A DNA stretch of 43,044 nt from an uncultured Bacteroidales bacterium (GCA_902779265.1 CACZAY010000027.1:1-43044); one strand, 5' to 3'. Numbered from the stretch's first letter, positions 19,500 to 28,931 are shown. A program made the numbers and translations. The notes: generated from the sequence alone by a model not told the origin.

Positions 19500-21383
19500 T
19501 TACTTCTTGATCTTTGCAATGATTTGGGCCACAGTGTCGGCATTCTTCTGGAATTCGGCATTCTTGGTGGTCTTGGCCAATGTCTCCCACAGCTGTTTGG
19601 CGACGTTCAGGTTGCGCACGGCATCGCCATAACGGCGGATTTTCGCATCGGCCTGAGCCTGACCGCATTTGGTGTGAATCATCGCCATGTCCTGGCAGAG
19701 CTGTCCGTCGAGGCGCATGTTGTTCAGCACGACGAACTGGCGGATGACCTTCTCGTAGGTGCCGCACTCGGCCAACAGACCGCCCGTGCCATGCTGCATC
19801 GCACCGAGTTCGAGGGCTGCGTTGATGGCGAAGTGGATGACGCGGCCGTCGCGCGGATATGCCTTGAAGCAGTCGAGCGCGAGATTCATATTGGCCGTAA
19901 GCACAACGGTGAGATCGTGGTTCGACTTGTTCTGGCGACGGTAGTGCATGGCCAGCATGTGGTTCGTGACCGACAACGCAAGACGTTGCAGCAGGCCCTG
20001 AGGCGACATCCGTTCGCCGTCCTGCTTCTGGTATTGGCCGACGAGCTTCATCTGCAGGATCTGAGCCTCGACCAGTGCGTCGTATGCCTTGTCGTGACGT
20101 TCAACGTGGTCGCACAGTTCGCCCAGCGACTGGTAGAAGCCGGCCATCTTGGCGAGGTCGGCGGTGTCGAGCGATGAATAGTCGCCCTTCGGCTCGTCCA
20201 GAAATGCGTTGAGCAGGCTGATGGCAGGCTCGGTGTAGTTGGTGAACTGCTCCTGCAACTCCTTTGGAAGCGCGTAGTAGAGCTTGGCCATGTCGATGTG
20301 CTGGTTGATGATGTCTTCGGCGATGCGTCCGCGTTCCTCTTCGGTGCGCTTCTCGTCTTGCGTCTGAGCGCGTTCGGCCTTGACGATGGCCTCGAAGAGG
20401 ACGGCGATGGCCTTCGGCTGTGCCATCTCCTGACAGATTTTCAGCGCAATCCAGTATTGGCGAATCTGCTCGCTGCTGATGGTGAGCGGGTCGGCCTGCT
20501 GGAGCGGCGGCATGAGGTAGTTCATGGCAGCGATGAATGCCTGCTGGGCCTCCTGTTCCTGGCGGCGCATACGGGCGTTCTGTGCGATGCGGAGTCGGCC
20601 GATGCCCAAGATGACGGAAATCTCCTGATGGCCTTGGCCGATGAGCTCCTCGACGACCTGAGTGAGACGTTCGGCCGATGGCTTGATGAGTTCGGCATTG
20701 CCCACAATGTTCAGTCCGTCGTTGAGCAGAATCATCAACAGTTTGGTCAGATTTATTTTTTCGCCCTCGCAGCGCGGCATGTCGTAGATGCAGTCCTTCA
20801 CGGCCTGAGGCGCATCCTTCAGCGCCTGTCCGAGTGTGTTTACGGCCAATCGCAATTGCTCGCCCTCGGCCTGGCTGACGTATTCGGCAACGGCAGCCGT
20901 CTCGCCGCCATCGAGCAGCAGGTGGGTAATCTGCACATCGCGTACGATGTCGCCAGCCTCCTTGTGCTCAAGCAGGTAGTAGCCGAGGTCGCTTGCACAG
21001 CTGCGGTGGTTGCCCTCGTCGAGCATCTTGTCCAATTTTTCGCGTAGCTGCGGCGTGAAGTCGTACAACTTGCAGTTCGGCAGTTCGCGGTAGGCGAGGA
21101 AGGGCACGCCGAGCACGTTGTTCCACTCCTCGAAGGTGTCGGGATTGAATTCTTCGCCGATGACAGCCTGCAGGTCGGTGGCTCGCAGTCCGCCGATTGA
21201 TGTCAGGATGTAGCGCACGGGTTCGGCAATCTGGTCGTCGCCCAGAGCCTCGGCCGATGCCTTGATGTAGTCCTCGATGACCTGCGATTCGTCGTCGGTC
21301 AACTTTTCGGTTTTGGCCAAAATGGCCTTGATATTCTCGATTTTCTCGTCGTTGAGTGTTTGTTTGAATTCGTTGATAGTCAT
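19500..21383 (-). CDS. Hypothetical all-helical (TPR-like) protein
   Basis: 627-aa ORF with host-like codon usage and AT-rich upstream region; helical-repeat pattern. Confidence 0.7.
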   Translation of the reverse strand: MTINEFKQTLNDEKIENIKAILAKTEKLTDDESQVIEDYIKASAEALGDDQIAEPVRYILTSIGGLRATDLQAVIGEEFNPDTFEEWNNVLGVPFLAYRELPNCKLYDFTPQLREKLDKMLDEGNHRSCASDLGYYLLEHKEAGDIVRDVQITHLLLDGGETAAVAEYVSQAEGEQLRLAVNTLGQALKDAPQAVKDCIYDMPRCEGEKINLTKLLMILLNDGLNIVGNAELIKPSAERLTQVVEELIGQGHQEISVILGIGRLRIAQNARMRRQEQEAQQAFIAAMNYLMPPLQQADPLTISSEQIRQYWIALKICQEMAQPKAIAVLFEAIVKAERAQTQDEKRTEEERGRIAEDIINQHIDMAKLYYALPKELQEQFTNYTEPAISLLNAFLDEPKGDYSSLDTADLAKMAGFYQSLGELCDHVERHDKAYDALVEAQILQMKLVGQYQKQDGERMSPQGLLQRLALSVTNHMLAMHYRRQNKSNHDLTVVLTANMNLALDCFKAYPRDGRVIHFAINAALELGAMQHGTGGLLAECGTYEKVIRQFVVLNNMRLDGQLCQDMAMIHTKCGQAQADAKIRRYGDAVRNLNVAKQLWETLAKTTKNAEFQKNADTVAQIIAKIKK

Positions 21384-21431
21384 ATTATTTTAATTACAAA
21401 TTACTGATTACATATTTCGGTTTTTGCGTGT

Positions 21432-21764
21432 CTTCATTTCTTTGCCTTGAAGCAAAGAAACGAAGCAAAGAAAGTTCAAGCCTTACGTTGCGCGGCCTGC
21501 AAAAAGGTGGTCTCGCTCGCTTGTAAGCCAAACTCGGCCTATCGGCCTCAAACAGGGCTTACCGCTTCGCAATCCTCACCTTTTTACGGTCGGCCGCTCC
21601 ACTATGGCAGTCCTAACCCGCCGTTTCGTGGTCGTGAACCATTGGCCATAAACAAGATGGAAACCATTGGCCGTAAAAATAAAAATGTTGGCCATGTTTC
21701 TGTCTTTCTTTTTGTATATACTCCCCCTCCCTATATAACGGGAGGGGGCTGGGGGGTGGGTCTA
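21432..21764 (-). repeat. Structured dispersed element, copy A
   Basis: ~185-bp core nearly identical to the reverse complement of 25955-26138; begins at the nadE stop. Confidence 0.9.
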
Positions 21765-23801
21765 CTTCCACAAGGCGGAACTTGCGTCGCTCGGCATTCT
21801 CCAGTCGCCGCGTGGCGAGATGCTCACGGTGCCGACTTTCGGGCCATCGGGCAGGCATGAACGCTTGAACTGCTGCTGGAAGAAGCGGCGCATGAAGGTC
21901 GAGAGCCATTTGCGGATGGTTTCGTCGTCGTAGGTCGCATCGCGTTCGCCGGCATATTCGTCGCTCTGGAATGCCTTCTTGGCCAACATGAAAATCTTGT
22001 CGGCCGATGCACCGAAGCGGAAGAAGTGGTAGAGGAAGAAGTCGTGCAGCTCGTAGGGGCCGACGAGGTCTTCGGTCTTCTGTGCGATGTTGCCCTGCTC
22101 GTCGGTCGGGATGAGTTCGGGACTGATGGGCGTGTCGATGATGTCGAGCAGATATTTGCGCGTCTCCTCGCTGCCGCTCATGGCCACGTAGCGGACAAGG
22201 TATTTGACCAACGTCTTCGGGATGGAGACGTTGACGGCATACATCGACATGTGGTCGCCGTTGTAGGTGCACCAGCCGAGAGCCAGCTCCGATAGGTCGC
22301 CCGTGCCGATGACGATGCCGCCCGTCTGGTTGGACGCATCCATCAGGATCTGCGTGCGTTCGCGAGCCTGACAGTTCTCATAGGTCACATCGTGCACGCT
22401 CGGGTCGATGCCGAGGTCCTTGAAATGCTGGTTGACGGCGTCCTTGATGCTGATTTCCCGCGTAGTGATGCCCAGTGCCTTCATCAGGCCGAGGCTGTTG
22501 CCGTGGGTGCGCTTGCTCGTGCCGAAACCGGGCATGGTGATGCCGACGATGCGGTCGCGCGACCAACCCAGCTTGTCGAAGGCGCGTACGGTGACGAGCA
22601 GGGCCAATGTCGAGTCCAATCCGCCCGAGATGCCCACCACGGCGGTCTTGGCCTGGATGTGTTGCAGACGCGTCACGAGTCCCTGCACCTGGATGTTGAA
22701 GATTTCGGAGCATCGCGCCTCCATATCATCGGCCGAAGCCGGCACGAACGGACGTGGAGCCACGTAGCGGTAGAGTTGCTGCTCGAAGTCGGGGGCCTTG
22801 AGCTTGCTCAGCTGGATTGTCTGGTAGCCGCCCGTGCGAGGCAGGCTGTGCGAGTAGTATTCGCTGTGGAAATCGCGTGTCGAGGCAGAAGCATCGGCCA
22901 TAAGGTTGCAGAATGTGCTCTGCGTGCGGCGCAACACTTTCAGCTTTTCGACATCGACGTCGCGCACCAGAATGTGCGGCTCCATCTGGAAGCGTTCGCT
23001 CTCGCCAAGCAGTGTACCGTTTTCGGCGATGAGACCCTTGCCGGCAAAGACGAGGTCGGTCGATGACTCGCCGAATCCGGCCGAGGCATAGACATAGGCG
23101 CACACCAGACGACCCGACTGGGCCTCGATCATGCGGCGCAGATAGGCGTGCTTGCCCAACACCTCGTTCGAGCACGAGAGGTTGACGATGACCTGTGCGC
23201 CGGCCAATGCCATACGGTTCGACGGAGCCATCGGCACCCAAAGATCCTCGCAGATTTCGATGCCGACGGTCGTGCCCTCGAAGTCGAAAAGCAGGTCTTT
23301 GCCGATGCGGACGCGCTGTTGTACGCGCTTGCCCTTGCGGTCGGTCATCGAAAGTTCGAGCCAGCTGCCATCGGCCACCTCGACGCCCGACGCGAACCAG
23401 CGCGCCTCGTAGAATTCGTTGTAGGTCGGCAGATATATTTTGGGCACGATGCCTGCGATGACACCGTCGCCCAGCAGCACGGCGCAGTTGTACAGACGGT
23501 TGCCCACGGCCAATGGCGCACCCACCACGACGGCCATGTCGATGCCGCGTGTAGCCTCGGCCAGATGCATCAGGGCTTCACGCGCGACCTCAAGCAGCGG
23601 CTGGTGATGGAAAAGGTCGGCACAGGTGTAGCCCGTGAGCGAAAGTTCGGGGAAGGCGAGCAGCTGGACGCCGTCGGCATGTGCCTGACGGATGAGCTCG
23701 ATGTGCTGTTTCAGGTTATATTCGACATCGGCCACCTTGACAGTGGGGATGGCGGTCGCTACGCGAAAAAAGCCGTAGTCGGGAGTTGTTTTTTCCTGCA
23801 T
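21762..23801 (-). CDS. nadE: Glutamine-dependent NAD+ synthetase
   Basis: FPELSLTGY, EICEDLW, ISGGLDSTLAL, ENCQARER, GTGDLSELALGW, QQFKRSCLPDGPKVG. Confidence 0.95.
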   Translation of the reverse strand: MQEKTTPDYGFFRVATAIPTVKVADVEYNLKQHIELIRQAHADGVQLLAFPELSLTGYTCADLFHHQPLLEVAREALMHLAEATRGIDMAVVVGAPLAVGNRLYNCAVLLGDGVIAGIVPKIYLPTYNEFYEARWFASGVEVADGSWLELSMTDRKGKRVQQRVRIGKDLLFDFEGTTVGIEICEDLWVPMAPSNRMALAGAQVIVNLSCSNEVLGKHAYLRRMIEAQSGRLVCAYVYASAGFGESSTDLVFAGKGLIAENGTLLGESERFQMEPHILVRDVDVEKLKVLRRTQSTFCNLMADASASTRDFHSEYYSHSLPRTGGYQTIQLSKLKAPDFEQQLYRYVAPRPFVPASADDMEARCSEIFNIQVQGLVTRLQHIQAKTAVVGISGGLDSTLALLVTVRAFDKLGWSRDRIVGITMPGFGTSKRTHGNSLGLMKALGITTREISIKDAVNQHFKDLGIDPSVHDVTYENCQARERTQILMDASNQTGGIVIGTGDLSELALGWCTYNGDHMSMYAVNVSIPKTLVKYLVRYVAMSGSEETRKYLLDIIDTPISPELIPTDEQGNIAQKTEDLVGPYELHDFFLYHFFRFGASADKIFMLAKKAFQSDEYAGERDATYDDETIRKWLSTFMRRFFQQQFKRSCLPDGPKVGTVSISPRGDWRMPSDASSALWK

Positions 23802-23922
23802 ATTCTTCAAGGGTTGATGAGGGCGTCGAGGGGCGTGTTTCCATGCGTGGGGGGATGACGGCCAATGTCCATTTCCCGCCGCTGCGAGTCCCCCGTCAGA
23901 CCCTTCCTGAGTAAAAATCGCG

Positions 23923-24033
23923 CAAAGATACTCATTTTAAATTTATTCATTGGCCTTTTCGCTGAAAAATTTGAAACGTCGGCCGATTTTCCTCGAAAAA
24001 CAGATGCGATTCCGAAAAAATTCCGTATCTTTG
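23923..24033. promoter_or_regulatory. Divergent -7 boxes for nadE and rnz
   Basis: TATCTTTG on minus strand (23923-23930) and on plus strand (24026-24033). Confidence 0.65.
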
Positions 24034-24109
24034 TGGCCGATTGTCCGAAGCCGAGACCCGAATGACACGCGGCCGATGGGCATTGGCCAACACACACACG
24101 ACACATCAC

Positions 24110-25045
24110 ATGGATTGTTTCAACGTCACGATATTGGGTTGCGGCAGCGCCAAACCCACATTGCGCCACAGCCCGTCGGCCCAGGTCGTCGATTTCCGCG
24201 GCAACCGCTTTCTGGTCGATTGCGGCGAGGGCGTTCAGGTCGGCCTGTGCCGCAGCCGCGTGCCGATGGGGAAAATCGGCCACATCTTCCTGAGCCACCT
24301 GCACGGCGACCACTGTCTCGGCCTGACGGGGCTGATTTCGACGCTTGGTCTTGGCCAACGCACCGGCGAAGTCGTCATCCACGGGCCGGCCGACACGGAG
24401 CGGATTTTCAGCCCGCTGTTCAAGTTCTTCTGTCCGGACCTGAGCATGGAGGTGCGTTTCGCACCGTTCGACACGACACAGAGCTGCATCATCTACGAGG
24501 ATCACGCCCTCATCGTCCGCACCATCCCGTTGCACCACCGCGTGCCTTGCAGCGGCTTCCTGTTTGAAGAGAAGCAGCGCGACCGGCATCTGCTGCCCGA
24601 CCGTTGCGAAGAGCTGGGCATCCCCATCGCCTACTATCAGGGCATCAAGAAGGGAATGGACTGGACCGACCCCGAAAGCGGCAGAGTTGTGGCCAATGAC
24701 CTCCTCACGACACCCGGCGAACGCGGCCGCAAGTACGCCTATTGCAGCGACACCATCTACGCCGAGAGCGTCGTGCCCATCATCGAGGGGGCAGACGTGC
24801 TATACCACGAGGCGACCTACACGCACGACGAACTTGCCAAGGCGCGTCAGCGCGGCCACAGCACGGCATTGCAGGCGGCTCAGATTGCGCAGAAAGCCCA
24901 CGTCGGCAAACTGGTGCTCGGCCACTTCTCCGCGCAGTTCCTCACGGCCGAATCGGAACAGCCGTTGCTCGACGAGGCCCGTTCGCTGTTTCCCAACACG
25001 GTGTTGGCCAACGAGAAAATGACGATAGAAATCGGCCTTGAATGA
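24110..25045 (+). CDS. rnz: Ribonuclease Z
   Basis: ILGCGSA.P, DCGEG, HLHGDH, YAYCSDT, HEAT, HST, LGHFS. Confidence 0.93.
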   Translation: MDCFNVTILGCGSAKPTLRHSPSAQVVDFRGNRFLVDCGEGVQVGLCRSRVPMGKIGHIFLSHLHGDHCLGLTGLISTLGLGQRTGEVVIHGPADTERIFSPLFKFFCPDLSMEVRFAPFDTTQSCIIYEDHALIVRTIPLHHRVPCSGFLFEEKQRDRHLLPDRCEELGIPIAYYQGIKKGMDWTDPESGRVVANDLLTTPGERGRKYAYCSDTIYAESVVPIIEGADVLYHEATYTHDELAKARQRGHSTALQAAQIAQKAHVGKLVLGHFSAQFLTAESEQPLLDEARSLFPNTVLANEKMTIEIGLE

Positions 25046-25080
25046 ACTACGCGAGCAAAGAATCGTTGGCCGAAATTCAA

Positions 25081-25176
25081 GTATCGACCCTTTTCACTTC
25101 TTGAACTCCGCGAGTGAAAATCATCGGTCGAAACCCAAGTATCGTCCCTTTCACTCCCCTTAAACGCCCTTAAACA
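25081..25176 (+). repeat. GTATCGTCCCTTT-(TCACTCC)n pyrimidine-rich repeat
   Basis: Two copies (25081, 25139); related to 30309-30350, 30584-30650 and 31947-32002. Confidence 0.65.
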
Positions 25177-25178
25177 CA

Positions 25179-25832
25179 ATGCACATCGCAATCGCAGGCA
25201 ATATCGGCTCCGGCAAATCGACGCTCACGCGCATGTTGGCCAAGCACTACGGCTGGGAACCAAAGTTCGAGGCTGTGGCCGACAATCCATATCTGGAGGA
25301 CTACTACGCGGATATTTTGCGCTGGTCGTTCAATCTGGAGGTCTATTTTCTGAAACACCGTTTCGAGGATTTGCTCGACATCGCCCGATGCGGCCACGAC
25401 GTGATCCAGGACCGCACAATCTACGAGGGCGTCTATGTGTTTGTGGCCAACAACTACGCGCAGGGCAACCTCTCGCGGCGCGACTACGAGACCTTCATGG
25501 CACTGTTCGAGCAGATGATGGGACTTGTGCCCGAACCCGACCTGATGATTTATCTGCGCGCCTCGCTGCCCCACCTTTTCAGCAACATCCAGCGACGCGG
25601 CCGCGACTACGAACAGAGCATCAGTATCGACTATCTGCAAGGCGTGAACGAACGCTACGAGGATTTCATCGCCAATAAATATCATGGCCGCGTGCTGATC
25701 ATCGACAAGGATCCGCTCGACTTCGAACATAATCCGCTCGACTTCCGCTCGATTACCGACAGGATCGATTCGGCACTGTTCGGACTGTTCGACCCCCTCC
25801 CGACCTCCCCGAGGGGAGGGGACAGACCCTAA
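25179..25832 (+). CDS. Deoxynucleoside kinase (copy 1), C-terminus extended by REP sequence
   Basis: GNIGSGKS P-loop, QDRTIYE, PDLMIYL, RGRDYE. Confidence 0.92.
   Translation: MHIAIAGNIGSGKSTLTRMLAKHYGWEPKFEAVADNPYLEDYYADILRWSFNLEVYFLKHRFEDLLDIARCGHDVIQDRTIYEGVYVFVANNYAQGNLSRRDYETFMALFEQMMGLVPEPDLMIYLRASLPHLFSNIQRRGRDYEQSISIDYLQGVNERYEDFIANKYHGRVLIIDKDPLDFEHNPLDFRSITDRIDSALFGLFDPLPTSPRGGDRP
25791..25821 (+). repeat. REP element inside the 3' end of dNK1
   Basis: gaccccctcccgacctccccgaggggagggg. Confidence 0.85.
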
Positions 25833-26186
25833 CCCCTGACCTCTGCCCCTCAGCTAAAGCTTCGTCTTCTCGCTGAACGATTATCAATCGTTCTATTCGA
25901 TGCGAGGGTCCCGTTATGTAGGGGAAGGGAGTAAATACAAAAGGCTGTTAGGGTTATGGCCAACGGCTCACGACCACAAAACGGCGGGTTGGGACTGCCA
26001 TAGTGGAGCGGCCGACCGCAAAAAAGTGAGGATTGCGAAGCGGTAAGCCTTGTTTGAGGCCGACAGGCCGAGTTTGGCTTACAAGCGAGCGAGGCCACCT
26101 TTTTGCAGGCCGCGCAACGTAAGGCTTGACTTTCTTTGCTTACTTTCTTGTGTTAAGACAAGAAAGTAAGTGCCCTCCGCACAGGA
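25824..26186 (+). repeat. Structured dispersed element, copy B (with ~70-bp insertion in its first hairpin region)
   Basis: Aligns to copies A and C; 13-bp stem at 26139-26170. Confidence 0.9.
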
Positions 26187-26215
26187 GAATAAAGTAATTT
26201 GTAATTCATAAATAT

Positions 26216-26827
26216 ATGCACATCGCAGTTGCCGGAAACATCGGCTGTGGCAAGACCACATTGACCAAAATGTTGGCCAAGAGATATGGCTGGAAACCCA
26301 ATTTTGAGCCAGTTGACAACAATCCGTATTTGGCTGACTACTACGCGGATATGAAGCGTTGGTCGTTCAACCTTCAAGTCTATTTCCTGAGCAAACGCTT
26401 CAAGGATGTAGTCGAAATTTCGCGTAGCAAGGAAATCATCATCCAAGACCGCACCATCTTCGAGGATGCACGTATTTTCGCCCCGAACCTGAACGAGATG
26501 GGCATGATGGAAGACCGTGATTTCCAGAACTATTCCGACCTCTTCGACCTGATGATGAGCCTCGTCAAGCTGCCCGACCTGATGATCTACATCCGCAGCA
26601 GCATCCCGAACCTCATCGCCCAGATCGCCAAGCGTGGCCGCGACTACGAACAGACCATCCGCATCGACTATCTGACCGGCCTGAACAACCGCTACGAGGA
26701 GTGGATTTCATCGTACAAGGGCAAGGTCATCATCATCGACGGCGACACCTGCAAGTTCGAGACCAACCCCGAAGACTTCCTCAAGGTGACCGACCAGATT
26801 GACTCGGCCCTGTTCGGCTTGTTCTGA
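26216..26827 (+). CDS. Deoxynucleoside kinase (copy 2)
   Basis: GNIGCGKT, QDRTIFED, PDLMIYI, RGRDYE. Confidence 0.93.
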   Translation: MHIAVAGNIGCGKTTLTKMLAKRYGWKPNFEPVDNNPYLADYYADMKRWSFNLQVYFLSKRFKDVVEISRSKEIIIQDRTIFEDARIFAPNLNEMGMMEDRDFQNYSDLFDLMMSLVKLPDLMIYIRSSIPNLIAQIAKRGRDYEQTIRIDYLTGLNNRYEEWISSYKGKVIIIDGDTCKFETNPEDFLKVTDQIDSALFGLF

Positions 26828-26870
26828 TGCACGACAAATATTTTTGTTTGTTTAAGACTCATTTTTGTGT

Positions 26871-28268
26871 ATGCCAGAAATCAAATACCAATATGCATTC
26901 ATCGATGGAGATAATATAGTTTCCATTGATGAAATAACAGAAGATAACCGCAGCCAATACAAGTTTAGGTGCATTGGCTGTGGTAAAGAACTTTTGCCTC
27001 GTGCAATTAATAGCATATATAGAAGAGCGCATTTTTATCATAAAGAATTGGCAGAATGTTCTGGAGAGACTTATTTGCACAAACTTGCAAAAAAAATTAT
27101 TAAAGACAAATTTGACAACTCGAAGGAATTCCTGGTAGAATATTGTGTTAATGAGACCTGCAGCCAATCTGAATGTAATTACAGAACAATTAGATGCACA
27201 CAAAATCATTTATGCCAAACTGTAGATTTAAAGCAATTTTATGACACATGCACAGAGGAAGTTCCAATAGATGATTATATTGCAGATTTGTTGCTAACTA
27301 ATAGCATAGAACCAAATGTGCCTCCAATTTTGATTGAAATATGGGTATCCCATAAGTGCGACGAAGAGAAAAGGGAATCAGGTCTGAAGATTATCGAAAT
27401 AAAAATAAAGGATGAGCAGGATATAAAAGATTTAGGCGACAAAAGCAAGCTGTGCGAAAGTGAAAAGATTAAATTCTATTCTTTTAAGAGGGAGAAAGTA
27501 AAAAAACATCTGACAAAGATTCAGAGATTTTTGTATAATCCGAATTTAGGAAGTAATGGTTGTTTGACAGAAGTAGACTGTTCTATGGCGTCATACAAAG
27601 TTAGGTCAAATTCTCTTGTCGAACTTAACATTATAAATTCAGATAATTATGGAAAATGCGATATTTGGGAACCTTTAATATGGATGTCATTACATAAGGG
27701 ATTGCGTCGATGTAATATGTGCAAATTCTATTATGCGACGCAATATGAGTCTTCTGCGAAGTGTAGATTGAGTACAAAATATGGAAAGCCAGAATATCCT
27801 TCTATGGATGAAGCTGATAGGTGTAGCAGTTTTTCTGTTGACAAACGAAGAACTGCTTGTATAAGTTCTTTTTCTTTCGAAGAAGTAACATTAAATCCTT
27901 TGTCAGAAAAGCCTGAATATAAAGTTATAATTGCAGTTGGTCGTTATTTTGATGATTATAATTTATTTAAGAAAAAAATATTGTATTTTTTGTCCGAAAA
28001 AATTAAAACACATTTAATTGTTGTTATTCAATTTGATTCAGATTCTTACTTTATAAAACAATTATCAAAAGATTTGGAATTTATCATAGAACCACATAGT
28101 GCAGAATGGGGAAGGTATGGTTCACATGCCATTAAGGTTTCTAATGATGAAATGACTACTGAAGCAGATGCATTAATCGCTTTTTGGGATGGGAAAAGCA
28201 TTGGTATTGGAAATTTAGTAAATCAAGCCAAAAAAAAAGGAATTAAATACGCCGTAATAAATTATTGA
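26871..28268 (+). CDS. AT-rich CoiA-like Zn-finger/PD-(D/E)xK nuclease fused to a C-terminal DUF2493/YpsA-like SLOG domain
   Basis: CIGC...HFYH...ETYLHKLAK; IADLLL...ILIEIWVSH; KVIIA..R.FDDY, AEW..YG, N..M, DALIAFWDGKS.G. Confidence 0.7.
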   Translation: MPEIKYQYAFIDGDNIVSIDEITEDNRSQYKFRCIGCGKELLPRAINSIYRRAHFYHKELAECSGETYLHKLAKKIIKDKFDNSKEFLVEYCVNETCSQSECNYRTIRCTQNHLCQTVDLKQFYDTCTEEVPIDDYIADLLLTNSIEPNVPPILIEIWVSHKCDEEKRESGLKIIEIKIKDEQDIKDLGDKSKLCESEKIKFYSFKREKVKKHLTKIQRFLYNPNLGSNGCLTEVDCSMASYKVRSNSLVELNIINSDNYGKCDIWEPLIWMSLHKGLRRCNMCKFYYATQYESSAKCRLSTKYGKPEYPSMDEADRCSSFSVDKRRTACISSFSFEEVTLNPLSEKPEYKVIIAVGRYFDDYNLFKKKILYFLSEKIKTHLIVVIQFDSDSYFIKQLSKDLEFIIEPHSAEWGRYGSHAIKVSNDEMTTEADALIAFWDGKSIGIGNLVNQAKKKGIKYAVINY

Positions 28269-28280
28269 TTTCTCTGTTAG

Positions 28281-28931
28281 TCACGACAGCGTCATCGCCA
28301 CCACTGCACCCCAGTGGAACAGCGTCCCGAGGATGACGTGGATGTGCCAGATGCCGTGATAGTAAGGATGTTGCGGCTCCTTGTCGTGCACGAAGAAATA
28401 GACGCCCGACGTGTAGGCCACACCCTCCATCAGAATCAGCGTGATGGCGCGCAGGTCGATGCATTCGCGCACCGACGGGATGATGTAGAGAATCGACCAG
28501 CCGAGCACCAGATAGAGCACCAATGAGGTCTTGGCCAACCGCTCGAACAGGAAGATTTTCAGGAAGATGCCCGTGAGCGACAGTGCCCAGATGATGCCGA
28601 AAGCCGTCCAGCCCGCCACAAAATGGTCGTCTTCAATCAGGCCCATGCAGATCGGCGTGTAGCTCGATGCGATGAGAAGATAGACCGAACAATGGTCCAG
28701 GATGCGCAGCGACCGCTTGTTGCTGGCGTCGGGTCGGCTCCAGTGATAGAAGCACGAGGCCAGATACATGAGCAGCATACCCACGGTGAAGAACGTCGCG
28801 CCGAAAGCCATCTCCCAGTTCTTCGAGTAGCCCAACCAAATAATCACCCACGCGATGCAGGGCACCAGACAGAGCCCTACCGTGTGGGTGATTGCGCTGA
28901 ATTTTTCGCCTTTGCTGTGCTTGATGCTCAT
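28281..28931 (-). CDS. Hemolysin III / PAQR family membrane protein
   Basis: E..SAITH, SCFYH, LDH.SVYLLIASSYTP, YLVLGW, HGIWH.HV. Confidence 0.9.
   Translation of the reverse strand: MSIKHSKGEKFSAITHTVGLCLVPCIAWVIIWLGYSKNWEMAFGATFFTVGMLLMYLASCFYHWSRPDASNKRSLRILDHCSVYLLIASSYTPICMGLIEDDHFVAGWTAFGIIWALSLTGIFLKIFLFERLAKTSLVLYLVLGWSILYIIPSVRECIDLRAITLILMEGVAYTSGVYFFVHDKEPQHPYYHGIWHIHVILGTLFHWGAVVAMTLS

Noticed and set aside
21447-26098. Two ORFs sharing LACKPNSA...LTASQSS (21447-21860, 25850-26098)
   Set aside because: Translations of the dispersed repeat; frames, starts and ends are not conserved between copies
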